From Candidatus Micrarchaeota archaeon (GTDB taxonomy: Archaea > Micrarchaeota > Micrarchaeia > Norongarragalinales > UBA8480): a DNA stretch of 46,426 nucleotides. The translations under genes were made by a program, and so were the position numbers. Positions within the stretch are counted from its first letter, which is position 1. The number at the start of each line of letters is the position of its first letter. Shown here in pieces: positions 18,041 to 27,782 of the stretch. The notes under the pieces were generated by a model. The model saw only the letters and a program-made list of their open reading frames with translations. It did no database searches and was not told the DNA's origin. The stretch spans positions 1 through 46,426 of the forward strand of contig JAZDHP010000010.1 in NCBI GenBank assembly GCA_043805855.1, read 5' to 3'.

Positions 18041-19504
18041 ATGAAAACCGCGCTTACGTTGTTGTTCCTTGTTCTGGTTGCTCTAGTTGCAAGTACAAGC
18101 AACGTAAACGCGCTGGAAGTTACGCCGTTGCAGAAAAGTGCAACTCTCGCAAGCTGTCAGCAAGTAGTTTTTCCATTCCACGTAACTGGAACTGGTTACA
18201 CTAGCTTTGAAGTAAAAGGCTTACCGCAAGAAGTTAACTATTCATTTGTGCCGCCAATGTTTGTAAACGGCGAAGCAGATGTCAACGTTGAGATATTCTA
18301 TCCTTGCGATGCACTTCTCTCTCGCTATGGCGAACAAGCGTTTAGCTTAGTTGCAACTCAAGGAGATGAAAAAACCGCGGGAACTTCCTATGTTTTTCTC
18401 TCACAGCCGCGTTCGTTGAAAGTTGACATTACATCGCAAAATATTGCGTGCGCTTGTTCTTCAACTTCCTACGCAGTTACAATTCGCAACAATGGCCTTG
18501 CTGCTGAAAAAGGCACTGTTTTAGTTTCTTCTTTATTTCCATTCACAATTTCAGACACTGGGTTTGACTTACTGCCAGGCGAATCAGTTGTAAAAATAGT
18601 TTCAATTGACTTAAACTGTTCAACGCCAGCTGGAGTTTATCCGTTTTCAATTGCGCTAGCGCGGGAAAATAGTGTAGTTGACTATTACCACAGCGGCACA
18701 AACGTAGTTCAATGTTTTGCATCTAAACTAGTTGGGCCAAAAAACATCAGCCTATGCTATGGAGATAGCGTAATTGTACCTTTTGTGTTGTACAATAACG
18801 GTTTGCAAGAGCAGCAATATATCTTGACAACTTCAAGCGGTGCATTGCCGTTAAATGTATTTTCAATCCCAGCACACCGTAATTACATTTTCAACGTTTC
18901 AATTCCATCGCCACGCTTTCCCGGTACTGACAACGTAACTGTTTCAGCTTACTGGAATGAAGACGAAGAGCACTTTTTCTTTAATTTAGAAACGCACTTA
19001 TGTGAAGGAAAGCCAGTACCTATACTCTACGTTGCATTTCCATCGCTAAAGCCAACTTTTGAGTTATATCCTGGAACAAACGAAGTAGTAATTGAAGTGC
19101 ACAATCCATACCAATTCACGCTTAACAACTCTGTATTTTCAATAAAAGGAATTGGGCCAGTAAGTAGCTACTTTGACTTACTTGGAAACGAAACGAAAAA
19201 CGTCACTTTAGCAGTAAATGTTCCTGAAAATTTCACGAACCGCACAACGCAACTGGTGCTAACAACTGACAAAGGTACAGCTACTCTTCCGGTTAAAATC
19301 GGCGTCAAGCCATCTCCATTAAGTGGGTTGTTCTTTGCAGGGTTCTTCGTAGGTGAATTGCAGTTAATTGGAGTATTACTTGCACTTGTGATAATTGCTG
19401 TGCTTGCGTTTGCAGTTTACCACCAAGGCCAAAAGCGTTACATCGTTGATAAAGAAGTTTCACACGAGTTGAAGAAAGTGCTTGCGAAATATCAACGCAA
19501 GTAA
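18041..19504 (+). CDS. Surface protein with Ig-like/NEW3-like domains and C-terminal TM
   Basis: Signal peptide; L.PGES and TPAGVYPF motifs; LSGLF then TM helix. Confidence 0.75.
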   Translation: MKTALTLLFLVLVALVASTSNVNALEVTPLQKSATLASCQQVVFPFHVTGTGYTSFEVKGLPQEVNYSFVPPMFVNGEADVNVEIFYPCDALLSRYGEQAFSLVATQGDEKTAGTSYVFLSQPRSLKVDITSQNIACACSSTSYAVTIRNNGLAAEKGTVLVSSLFPFTISDTGFDLLPGESVVKIVSIDLNCSTPAGVYPFSIALARENSVVDYYHSGTNVVQCFASKLVGPKNISLCYGDSVIVPFVLYNNGLQEQQYILTTSSGALPLNVFSIPAHRNYIFNVSIPSPRFPGTDNVTVSAYWNEDEEHFFFNLETHLCEGKPVPILYVAFPSLKPTFELYPGTNEVVIEVHNPYQFTLNNSVFSIKGIGPVSSYFDLLGNETKNVTLAVNVPENFTNRTTQLVLTTDKGTATLPVKIGVKPSPLSGLFFAGFFVGELQLIGVLLALVIIAVLAFAVYHQGQKRYIVDKEVSHELKKVLAKYQRK

Positions 19505-19595
19505 TTTGTGCTTTGTTGTTTTTCGCTTAATTTAATACTTTTAATACTTTTACTCCCTAATTTTTATTATCTACTTTAAATGGTGATTTTGAAAA

Positions 19596-20066
19596 ATGAT
19601 GCAACAAACCGTCGTACTATTCAAGCCAGACGCAATGCAACGTGGAGTGTGTGGCAAGATATATTCTCGCCTTGAAGAAAAAGGGCTTAACCTCGTTGCG
19701 GCTAAACTTATCAAACTCGATGATGCACTTCTCGACATTCACTACGAGCACCACAAAGGAAAACCATTCTTCCCCCGTTTAAAAGATTTCATGAAATCAG
19801 CTCCAGTTCTCGCAATGGTGTGGGAAGGGTACGACGCCGTGAAAGTCGTACGCGATTTAGTTGGCCCAACAAACGGCCGTGCCGCTCCAGCTGGAACAAT
19901 CCGCGGAGACTTCTCAATATCACAAGCTTGTAACCTCGTACACGCTTCTGACAGCGTAGAAACCGCCGCAGTTGAAATAAAACGCTTTTTCACTGTAAAG
20001 GAAATCCACTCGTGGCAAAAGAAAAACGTTGAATTCGTATACTCTCCAGAAGAACTAAAAGGTTAA
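19596..20066 (+). CDS. ndk: Nucleoside diphosphate kinase
   Basis: KPDA.QRG, GTIRGDF, NLVHASDS. Confidence 0.97.
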   Translation: MMQQTVVLFKPDAMQRGVCGKIYSRLEEKGLNLVAAKLIKLDDALLDIHYEHHKGKPFFPRLKDFMKSAPVLAMVWEGYDAVKVVRDLVGPTNGRAAPAGTIRGDFSISQACNLVHASDSVETAAVEIKRFFTVKEIHSWQKKNVEFVYSPEELKG

Positions 20067-20069
20067 AAC

Positions 20070-20522
20070 GTGAAAATGATTGCGGTTAAAATAAAGCGAG
20101 CTGCAGGTGCAGAAGATATTCCCTTGCCTAGTTATGCTACGCCTGGCTCAGCTGCGTTTGACCTAAGCGCAGCGATTACTGACGATGTAACAATTACGCC
20201 TGGCCAACGTGTCCTCGTGCCAACAGGTTTACACTTTGAAATCCCCGAAGGTTACGAGATGCAACTACGGCCACGAAGTGGTTTAGCGTTGAAATACGGC
20301 ATATCCTTTCCAAATTCTCCGGCTACAATTGACAGTGACTACCGCGGCGAGTTAAAAGTAATAATGCTTAACCTCGGCAGCGAACCTTTTGTAATAAAAC
20401 GCGGTGACCGCATTGCACAAGCAGTAATCTCTCCAGTAACGCAAGCTACTTTTCAAGAAGTGAAAGAGTTAAACGAAGCAACTCAACGCAGCCACGGTGG
20501 GTTCGGATCGACTGGACGCTAG
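20070..20522 (+). CDS. dut: Trimeric dUTPase
   Basis: [37 protein letters not shown]. Confidence 0.97.
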   Translation: MKMIAVKIKRAAGAEDIPLPSYATPGSAAFDLSAAITDDVTITPGQRVLVPTGLHFEIPEGYEMQLRPRSGLALKYGISFPNSPATIDSDYRGELKVIMLNLGSEPFVIKRGDRIAQAVISPVTQATFQEVKELNEATQRSHGGFGSTGR

Positions 20523-20527
20523 GAATA

Positions 20528-21259
20528 CTACTTCTGACAAGCGATTATTTCCTTTAAATTAATTCCAATTTTCTTCGCTAGTTTTTCAGCTTTCTTTTCT
20601 CCGCCGACGTAATCGTAGAGTTTTTTCAAGTTACGCTTGCGCTTCTTCTTATGCGCCGTAGCGAACTCGCGTGCCAGCCACTCAACGTCACTTTTGCTTG
20701 GTGGTTTAAAGCCAACTGACATAAAACGCAATGCTGCAAAAAGATTGTGCTTATTGTCAACGGCGTTTACAACGAGCCGCTTTGCTTTCATATCTTTGAT
20801 TGAGCGGGGCATCTTTGCAACTTTTGCAACCCAGTTCTTTGCAAACAAGTCTCGTACTTCAATTGCAAATCCGTTTATAGTGAATGAGGAATGTTCTTTT
20901 AAATTTTGTAAAACATTTCCCCGTTTCTGCCAGTGCATATCTAGAAACACAAAGTCACTCAAGTCATCACCAGGTGCGCTTTTACTTTTAGCTCGCTTCA
21001 TCACAAGTTGATCTCTTCGCCGGATTTTGCCATAGGTAAATCCGCATTTGCGCAAATTCGCAATGAACTTTTTGTGATCTCCAATAATAACTGAATCGTA
21101 ATCGCGCTGCGGTAACTTCTTTCCAAAATAGTAATAAAACATCGCGTTGCGCATTGCCCCGCCAACAATGTAAAACTTCGTTCTCTTAGGCAACGCAGCA
21201 ACGACATCTTGAAAAATAGCGTAAACGTGCGGATCTTGCAAGAAAATTGGAAGTTTCAT
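20528..21259 (-). CDS. Class II (CCA-adding/poly(A) polymerase-like) nucleotidyltransferase with degenerate motifs
   Basis: YIVGGAMRN...RDYD, FTINGFA, ALRF. Confidence 0.7.
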   Translation of the reverse strand: MKLPIFLQDPHVYAIFQDVVAALPKRTKFYIVGGAMRNAMFYYYFGKKLPQRDYDSVIIGDHKKFIANLRKCGFTYGKIRRRDQLVMKRAKSKSAPGDDLSDFVFLDMHWQKRGNVLQNLKEHSSFTINGFAIEVRDLFAKNWVAKVAKMPRSIKDMKAKRLVVNAVDNKHNLFAALRFMSVGFKPPSKSDVEWLAREFATAHKKKRKRNLKKLYDYVGGEKKAEKLAKKIGINLKEIIACQK

Positions 21260-21276
21260 ACTTCGTTTACACAGAG

Positions 21277-22614
21277 TTAGTTAATTAGTTTTACAGTCCC
21301 GTTCTCCGCGTCGACTTCTATTTTGTCTCCGTCTTTGAACACTTTAGTTGCACAGCGGGTTCCTACAATGCAGGGTTTTTTCAACTCGCGAGAAATAATC
21401 GAAGCGTGGCACGTGATTCCCCCCTCGTCCGTAACAATTGCGCTCGCTTTGTCTGCGAGAAATAACATATTTGGAATCGTCATTGACGTTAGCAGCACGT
21501 CGCCTTCATTGAAAACCAAGTTTTTCATAGCTTCTATGCGGTCGGGTAGAATAATACGGCAAACTCCTGTTGCTTTGCCGGGATATACTGACATTCCATT
21601 TACTTCGCCTTTATTTTCTCCAATTGCAGTCACTTGTTTTTTCAACGCGGTGAACTCATCACCTATAACTAACGTCAGCCGACCGTTTTTCCACACGTAT
21701 GCACGACTGTCTGGAGTGTAAGGCATTTGTTTTTCCTCGAGAAACGTTAGTATGTCGTTGCCGTCGTACTTGTAAACCAACTCTTGAGGCTTTACGTTCA
21801 TTCGCCGGCTAATCTCAATATACAGTGGCGAACCAAGAATCTTTGTTCCAAGTACGCGACGTAGTTTAATGCGCATTGTTGCTGAGTTGCGCAGCGTTTC
21901 TGCGAGCCGCGAGATTTTTTCATCGCTAAGCAGGTACGAAAAGCGCAGCGTTGGTTTTTGTTCCTTTCGTGGTTCCCGCGTCTGCACCACTTTTTTGAAC
22001 TCAGTAATTGCGTCAGACATGATAAACGATTTCGCGCTTACCCAGGGGTGTTTACGAATGTGCGCTTCTAGTTGTGCTTCAGTTATTTTAGGCAATTTTT
22101 TAAGCGCATAGAAGTCCAGTTCTTCCCGGGTAATATCTTCAGAATCGCCAACGGCCAGTTCTTGCAATGCGCTCTGCCACTCTGGCGTAGCCGCCTTTAA
22201 CCGTGATATGAGTTCGTTTTCAATATTCTTCGTCGCTCCCTCGTCAGTACCTTGATAAAGCGAAGCACATCTAGCTTGGAGATGGAGCAACGTGGTGAAT
22301 AGCGTGGCTAGCTCTTCGTTTGACGCGGCGGAATAGCCGTTTTCAAGTGAACCGTAAAATGCATTGTAGCTGCGCTCCAAGTTTTCGCACTCAGTGAAAT
22401 AAAACGCCGCGTTGCTTGGCTGTGAAAAGAATTTCTGGGCTTTTCGTTGGCGTATTTTTACAATGTGTTCTGGCAGGTAAAATCCAAGTTCTCCTTTTTC
22501 ATATAGTATTACAAATTCTGACGCGTAGTTGTAATCTGCCGCGTAGCGTGAATAAGCTAGGGAAGTAACAGTAACGGCGAACAAGTGCGATTTCATGCGA
22601 AGCATTTCGTGCAT
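21277..22614 (-). CDS. PEP-utilizing enzyme mobile (phospho-His swivel) domain protein with long helical N-terminus
   Basis: GDVLLTSMT.P...AIVTDEGGITCHASIISRELKKPCIVG...DGD.IEVDA..G.V. Confidence 0.9.
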   Translation of the reverse strand: MHEMLRMKSHLFAVTVTSLAYSRYAADYNYASEFVILYEKGELGFYLPEHIVKIRQRKAQKFFSQPSNAAFYFTECENLERSYNAFYGSLENGYSAASNEELATLFTTLLHLQARCASLYQGTDEGATKNIENELISRLKAATPEWQSALQELAVGDSEDITREELDFYALKKLPKITEAQLEAHIRKHPWVSAKSFIMSDAITEFKKVVQTREPRKEQKPTLRFSYLLSDEKISRLAETLRNSATMRIKLRRVLGTKILGSPLYIEISRRMNVKPQELVYKYDGNDILTFLEEKQMPYTPDSRAYVWKNGRLTLVIGDEFTALKKQVTAIGENKGEVNGMSVYPGKATGVCRIILPDRIEAMKNLVFNEGDVLLTSMTIPNMLFLADKASAIVTDEGGITCHASIISRELKKPCIVGTRCATKVFKDGDKIEVDAENGTVKLIN

Positions 22615-22647
22615 GTAGAAAAAGTATTAATTGTGAATATATCTAGT

Positions 22648-22666
22648 TGTCACCATGAAAGTGACA
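22648..22666. promoter_or_regulatory. Palindromic operator TGTCAC-N7-GTGACA over the trmB2 start codon
   Basis: Perfect 6-bp inverted repeat enclosing ATG 22655; resembles TrmB-type TCAC/GTGA half-sites. Confidence 0.55.
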
Positions 22667-23374
22667 CTTTTGCAACTGTTACGTCGGCTCGGCCTGGGAA
22701 AAAACGAGTCTGCAATCTATGCACTGCTTCACGAGAGCGGTGAACATACTGCTGGCGAAATCGCTCAGCATACGAGTGTACCGCGCAGTAAAGTTTACTT
22801 TTATCTCGATACGCTTGTTGCAAAGGGGCTTGTGCTTCGTATTCCTAATAACCCTTTAAAATTCCGTACGAGCGGCATCGCCGTTGTCAAGAGTGCGGTA
22901 AGCCGAGAAAATAAACTCCTGGAACAGCTTACTGACGTACCGTCTCAATATTTTCCAGTTTACCTAACAATTGGCCAAGCTAACGTTATGCGTCAGTTTA
23001 CAGTTGAAAACCGCAAAGTGAAAAAGTCAATAATTTCTATAGTGCGCGGGCTCAAGCGTTTTCCTTTTGGAATTAATGTTGCGCGCACTGCAGTTAAGCG
23101 CGGTGTTGACATACGCATACTTGCGTTAGATCGTCCTGATGTGCGCGAAATTGCCCCTCTATGGAGAAAAGCGGGTGTCAAAGTAAAACTATATCGCGCA
23201 ACTGCACCTGAAGGCCTGCGGCTAACTGTTTTTGACGACGCGTTGGTACGGTTAACTCTAGGGAAGCCTGAAATTCCAGAAAGCGAAAATTATACTACTG
23301 TGTGGATCAAAAGCAAAGCTGTTGCAGCAATGTGTCGCGAGTATTTTGAAATGAAATGGCGTGAAGCGCAGTAG
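22655..23374 (+). CDS. TrmB-family transcriptional regulator
   Basis: LRRLGLGKNESAIYALL...VPRSKVY..LDTLVAKGLV; PLD-like C-terminal domain. Confidence 0.88.
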   Translation: MKVTLLQLLRRLGLGKNESAIYALLHESGEHTAGEIAQHTSVPRSKVYFYLDTLVAKGLVLRIPNNPLKFRTSGIAVVKSAVSRENKLLEQLTDVPSQYFPVYLTIGQANVMRQFTVENRKVKKSIISIVRGLKRFPFGINVARTAVKRGVDIRILALDRPDVREIAPLWRKAGVKVKLYRATAPEGLRLTVFDDALVRLTLGKPEIPESENYTTVWIKSKAVAAMCREYFEMKWREAQ

Positions 23375-23457
23375 TTCCTTAGTTCGCTTCTTGCAAATCG
23401 ATAAAAACGCGGGGTTTCCTATGTTTATTACTATTTGAAAATAGTGATTTTGCTTAT

Positions 23458-25227
23458 ATGCTACGCCAACCAATTGTAACTATTTTAGGTCACGTCGACG
23501 CGGGGAAAACGACGCTACTTGATAGCATTCGCGAAACCGGAGTCGCAGGGAGAGAAGCGGGTGGAATTACTCAAGCTGTTGGTGCGTCGATTATTCCAAT
23601 TGAAGCAATTGAAAGCACTTGCGGCGGTTTGAAAAACAAACTAAAGGTTAACTTCACAATTCCCGGTCTTTTATTTATCGACACGCCAGGCCACGAAGCG
23701 TTTGCTAATTTGAGAAAGAGAGGAGGGAGCATTGCGGATATTGTTGTGCTGATTGTTGACATTAACAAGGGAATAGAGCCGCAGACGCTGGAGTCAATTG
23801 GGTTACTAAAACAATACAAGACGCCGTTCATCATTGCCGCGACGAAGATTGACAACATTACTGGCTGGAAAAAGCAAATCAACAAGTGCATTTCAGAATC
23901 TTTCACTTCACAGCGTCAAGATGTAATGGACCGGCTCGACGAAAAACTGTACGAGTTAGTTGGGCAGTTGTCAATGCAGGGAATTAACTCGGAAAGATTT
24001 GATAGAGTTACTGAATTTACAAAACAAGTTTTAATTGTTCCAGTGAGCAGCCACTCAAAAGAAGGGTTGCAAGAATTACTTTTATACGTCGCTGGACTTG
24101 CACAGCGTTATCTAGAAAAACGCCTAGAGTTACATGAAAGTGAACCTGGAAAAGGGGCAATTCTAGAAGTAAAAGAAGAACGCGGCTTAGGAAAAACTCT
24201 TGATGTTATTCTCTACGATGGCGTGTTGAGAGAGAGCGACGAAGTTGCGTTTGCAACAATTGACGGTAGTCCAATTTCTGGAAAAATAAAAGCAATTCTC
24301 CAGCCGAAGCCGCTTGACGAAATGCGTGACCCGCGTGAAAAGTTCAACCGTGTTGAAATGGCAAGTGCAGCAACTGGGGTAAAAATAGCGTGCGAGTTTG
24401 CAGATCAAGCTTTGCCAGGATCATCTTTCTACGTTGTGCGGGATAATAGAGAAAAGTTATTCGCGTTGCTTGAAAAAGAGTTCAGGGAAATTGTCGTTGA
24501 AAGTGAAGAAAATGGCGTTATGCTAAAAGCCGACGCGCTTGGCAGCCTAGAAGCAATTGCTAAGATTTTTGCAATTGCGAAGATTCCAGTTCGCAGTGCT
24601 AAAATCGGTGGGATTACGACGAAAGACGTCGCAGAAGCAGCGAGCGTTGCTAATGCAGATAAGCTCCTTGGGGTTATTTTTTCATTCAATGTTCCAGTTC
24701 CAGATGAAATAAAGCAAGATTTGGAAACTAACAAAGTGAAACTCTTTGAAGAGAATATTATTTACAATTTAGTTGAAAACTACCAACGGTGGGTTGTTGA
24801 AGAAAAAGCAAACGAGCGCAAGAAAGCGTTTGAACAACTCGCATTTCCGGGAGAGTTGAAAATCCTGCCAGGTTGCTGTTTCCGTGTAAGTCACCCGTTG
24901 ATTTGCGGAGTTGAAATGCTCGGCGGTCGTCTACGTAAGGGAGTTAAACTAATTAACGAAGCAAATGAAGAAATTGCAACTGTGCGCGCGATTCAACACG
25001 AGAAGAAGGAAGTTGATGCAGCGACAAAAGGACAGCAAATTGCAATTAGCCTAGACGGCGCAACGTTCGGAAGGCAAATAAAAGAAAAGCAAGTACTCTA
25101 CGTTGACATTCCAAAAGAAGATATTATTTTACTAGAAAAGAAGTTCGCCACATCGCTTTCGCCTGATGAAAAAGATCTACTCGCGCGGTTAAAGAAAATC
25201 AAAGGAATTGCTAGCTTTAAGTTCTAA
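23458..25227 (+). CDS. infB: Translation initiation factor aIF5B/IF-2
   Basis: LRQPIV..LGHVDAGKT, EAGGITQ, IDTPGHEAF, KADALGSLEA. Confidence 0.97.
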   Translation: MLRQPIVTILGHVDAGKTTLLDSIRETGVAGREAGGITQAVGASIIPIEAIESTCGGLKNKLKVNFTIPGLLFIDTPGHEAFANLRKRGGSIADIVVLIVDINKGIEPQTLESIGLLKQYKTPFIIAATKIDNITGWKKQINKCISESFTSQRQDVMDRLDEKLYELVGQLSMQGINSERFDRVTEFTKQVLIVPVSSHSKEGLQELLLYVAGLAQRYLEKRLELHESEPGKGAILEVKEERGLGKTLDVILYDGVLRESDEVAFATIDGSPISGKIKAILQPKPLDEMRDPREKFNRVEMASAATGVKIACEFADQALPGSSFYVVRDNREKLFALLEKEFREIVVESEENGVMLKADALGSLEAIAKIFAIAKIPVRSAKIGGITTKDVAEAASVANADKLLGVIFSFNVPVPDEIKQDLETNKVKLFEENIIYNLVENYQRWVVEEKANERKKAFEQLAFPGELKILPGCCFRVSHPLICGVEMLGGRLRKGVKLINEANEEIATVRAIQHEKKEVDAATKGQQIAISLDGATFGRQIKEKQVLYVDIPKEDIILLEKKFATSLSPDEKDLLARLKKIKGIASFKF

Positions 25228-25269
25228 GGGCAAGAGGGAAAACCTTAATATTGGTTTCTTGGCCTTGTT

Positions 25270-25330
25270 TTTACTTAAATGAAGTAAAAAACTTCATTTA
25301 AGGCCTTACACCTAGTAAGGTGTAAGTTAA
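25270..25330 (+). repeat. Twin-hairpin repeat element, copy 1 (upstream of rps6e)
   Basis: CTTAAATGAAGT/ACTTCATTTAAG, GC, CTTACACCT/AGGTGTAAG, TTAA; scaffold shared with 42112-42174. Confidence 0.75.
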
Positions 25331-25361
25331 TACTTTTAACGAATTTTTGAGTGGTTTTGAA

Positions 25362-25775
25362 ATGAAAGTTGTAATTAATGATTCTAAGAGCGGGAATAGT
25401 TTCCAGCGAGAGCTAGAAACGGCTAAACTCAGTCAAGTGATTGGCAAGCGCATCAGTGAAGTCGTTGAAGGCGCGCTTTTTGGGCTCCCTGGATATTCAT
25501 TGAAGATTACTGGCGGTTCAGATACTGACGGTACTCCAATGAGGTTTGACTTGGCTGGAACGAGAAAAGTTTATGCTCTTCTTTCGCGCGGGCCGGGAGT
25601 AAAGCACTTGAAAAAAGGCGAGAAGTTGAAAAAGCGAGTTATTGGAAATGTAGTTTCTGAAAAAACCGCGCAGTTGAACTTAAAAATTGAAACCTACGGC
25701 GAAAAGCCATTAACTGAATTGGGTTTCGTGCCAAAGCCAAAAGAGCCAAAGGCAAAAGAAGAAAAGAAAGCGTAA
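25362..25775 (+). CDS. rps6e: 30S ribosomal protein S6e
   Basis: GLPGY.LKITGGSD.DG.PMR.DL...KK.V.GN.V....QLN. Confidence 0.95.
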   Translation: MKVVINDSKSGNSFQRELETAKLSQVIGKRISEVVEGALFGLPGYSLKITGGSDTDGTPMRFDLAGTRKVYALLSRGPGVKHLKKGEKLKKRVIGNVVSEKTAQLNLKIETYGEKPLTELGFVPKPKEPKAKEEKKA

Positions 25776-25810
25776 AACCTTAAAGCTAATTTTTTTAATC
25801 GCTTTCACTA

Positions 25811-26221
25811 CTATTTTTCAAACACTTTTTCTATTTCTTTAATAAATTTAGCTGCGTCTCTAGGTAGTTCTTTTGTCAACGCAGTGTAAACTTTTTTATC
25901 GTCAACATTTCCATATTGGTGTACTATTAAATTTCGCATTGATTTAGCGTGTTGCATTGCGTAAGCAGTTTCTTCAGATATTGCTTTGTGTTTTGCAAGA
26001 GTTTCAAAAGCCTGCGTGTCGTTTTCAGGTATCCGCAAATCAAGTTGTTTTATTGCTATGATTGCCAAGTCAACAGTACATTCCACAATTTTTTCAAAGT
26101 AACGCTCGCCAGCAGCTTTTTGCCTTAAGTCATTGCTGAAATTTGCTAGCGAAGTTGGGCTAATGCTTTCATATTCCCTTAGCATTTGTTTGAGTTCTTT
26201 TATTTTTTCACGTGGCTTCAT
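25811..26221 (-). CDS. HepT/DUF86 HEPN RNase toxin
   Basis: RNLIVHQY (Rx4HxY) motif. Confidence 0.88.
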   Translation of the reverse strand: MKPREKIKELKQMLREYESISPTSLANFSNDLRQKAAGERYFEKIVECTVDLAIIAIKQLDLRIPENDTQAFETLAKHKAISEETAYAMQHAKSMRNLIVHQYGNVDDKKVYTALTKELPRDAAKFIKEIEKVFEK

Positions 26222-26789
26222 GTAATTTCATCACCCGACTTTCACTAGCAGTTTTAATAACATTAATCCAGAAATCCTCATTAAATTCATCGCCTTTGTA
26301 TAAAATTTTGTAGTTCTGCGCTATTCCAACTTTAACCCAAATTGGCAACGTGTTAAAAACTTGCACGTCTGCTAAGTCTGACGTTTCCCGTAACACGCGT
26401 AGTCTAAAATTCACTGCTTCATTTGTTGAAATGTCGTCAAACAATACGCACAAATCTATATCTGATCTGTAAGTTGGCTTTCCTTCTGCGTGAGATCCAA
26501 AAAGTAAAATTGCAAGAACATCTTTTCCTTTTTTATCTTTTAAAATAACTTCTTTGGTTTTTTCTATTATTTTGTCAAAAGTCTTGCGCCGTTTCACTTC
26601 AAACTCTCCTGCGTATTTACTGCAACTCTCAATGAATCGTAATTTTGGTCTAATAAATTTAGAAAGCCGATTACGTTCACTTTGGGTTAACGTTTCTCCG
26701 AGTAACTGCTTGCGAATTATGGCCAATTCCTTCTTTCCAAAAATAAGCCTTGCGTTTGGCTCCCGTTTTAAAAACTCTAATAAGCTCAT
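26208..26789 (-). CDS. MntA-type minimal nucleotidyltransferase antitoxin with N-terminal extension
   Basis: LFGSHAEG...SDIDL (GSx10DxD), overlapping the HEPN gene. Confidence 0.88.
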   Translation of the reverse strand: MSLLEFLKREPNARLIFGKKELAIIRKQLLGETLTQSERNRLSKFIRPKLRFIESCSKYAGEFEVKRRKTFDKIIEKTKEVILKDKKGKDVLAILLFGSHAEGKPTYRSDIDLCVLFDDISTNEAVNFRLRVLRETSDLADVQVFNTLPIWVKVGIAQNYKILYKGDEFNEDFWINVIKTASESRVMKLHEAT

Positions 26790-26814
26790 ATAAATATAAC
26801 CATCATTTAGGTTA

Positions 26815-27657
26815 TTAATTCTTTGCTTTTAAGATAGCAAGAGCTTTTTTCACATCCATTGCGTTGATTATTGTGCCGGTGCCCAGCTCCAGCCCAGCGT
26901 GGATATCTGTACGCGGGTAAACTTCAACGTGAAAGTGAACTTTTCCGTTGCGGAAAGAGTTGTGAAATGCGAAGTTGTAACTTTCAGTTTTATGTTTTAA
27001 ACCTTTAACTGATTCCTGCAGTGCTTGCATTAACAATAATGCGGTTTTGTTGTCGAATTCAGTGAAATCTTCCAAGTGTTGTTTTGGAATTACCCAACAC
27101 TCTAGCGGAAACCGTGCGAAGCTCGGGCGCACGACGGCAAACTTTTCATTTTGGAAAACAATGTTTTGTTTTGCGGTTTGACAAAAGATGCATTTTCCCT
27201 TTAAATTAAATTCACTTGCAATGAACTCGGGAACAAAAGGTAACGCTAGTATTTGGCTGTGCTCATGCGGAATGCTCGCGCCTGCTTCGCGACCGTGGTT
27301 TTTCATTAGAAAAACATACTTTACTCCTGGCTTTTTTGAAAGTGCAATGTAGCGGTTAACGTATGTTTGGAAAATTTCTGCGAGTTGTTTGCTTGAAATT
27401 TTTTCAAACTGCTCGTCGTGCTTAGCGGTTTCAACAATTACTTCGTGATGGTCTTTAGGCAACGCGGGGTAGAGGTTTTCAAAAACGCGGGTTACCCATT
27501 TTGTATTTTGGTCAATTTCAAAAAGCGTTTTAGTGGTTACCTTTTCATTCCCCGGGTCAAACTGGCATAGGTGTATTTTGCTTTTCACATGTGGCCTAGC
27601 GTTACGCTTACCCGCTGAGATTATAGTTATTCCTTTTGTAATTTCTTGAATTATCAT
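26815..27657 (-). CDS. galT: Galactose-1-phosphate uridylyltransferase-like HIT protein
   Basis: RVFENLYPAL, KNHG.EAGASIPHEHSQI (HxHxQ), AGLELGTG. Confidence 0.85.
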   Translation of the reverse strand: MIIQEITKGITIISAGKRNARPHVKSKIHLCQFDPGNEKVTTKTLFEIDQNTKWVTRVFENLYPALPKDHHEVIVETAKHDEQFEKISSKQLAEIFQTYVNRYIALSKKPGVKYVFLMKNHGREAGASIPHEHSQILALPFVPEFIASEFNLKGKCIFCQTAKQNIVFQNEKFAVVRPSFARFPLECWVIPKQHLEDFTEFDNKTALLLMQALQESVKGLKHKTESYNFAFHNSFRNGKVHFHVEVYPRTDIHAGLELGTGTIINAMDVKKALAILKAKN

Positions 27658-27782
27658 ATTTTCAAATTGTCAACGTTTAAAAGAAAGGTTTTGCCAATTT
27701 TAATAGTTAGCTTGGCGGGATAAGCGTCGGCACTCAAACGGAACTTTGCATTTGTGTAAAGTTTTCGGAGGAATGGTTATAC

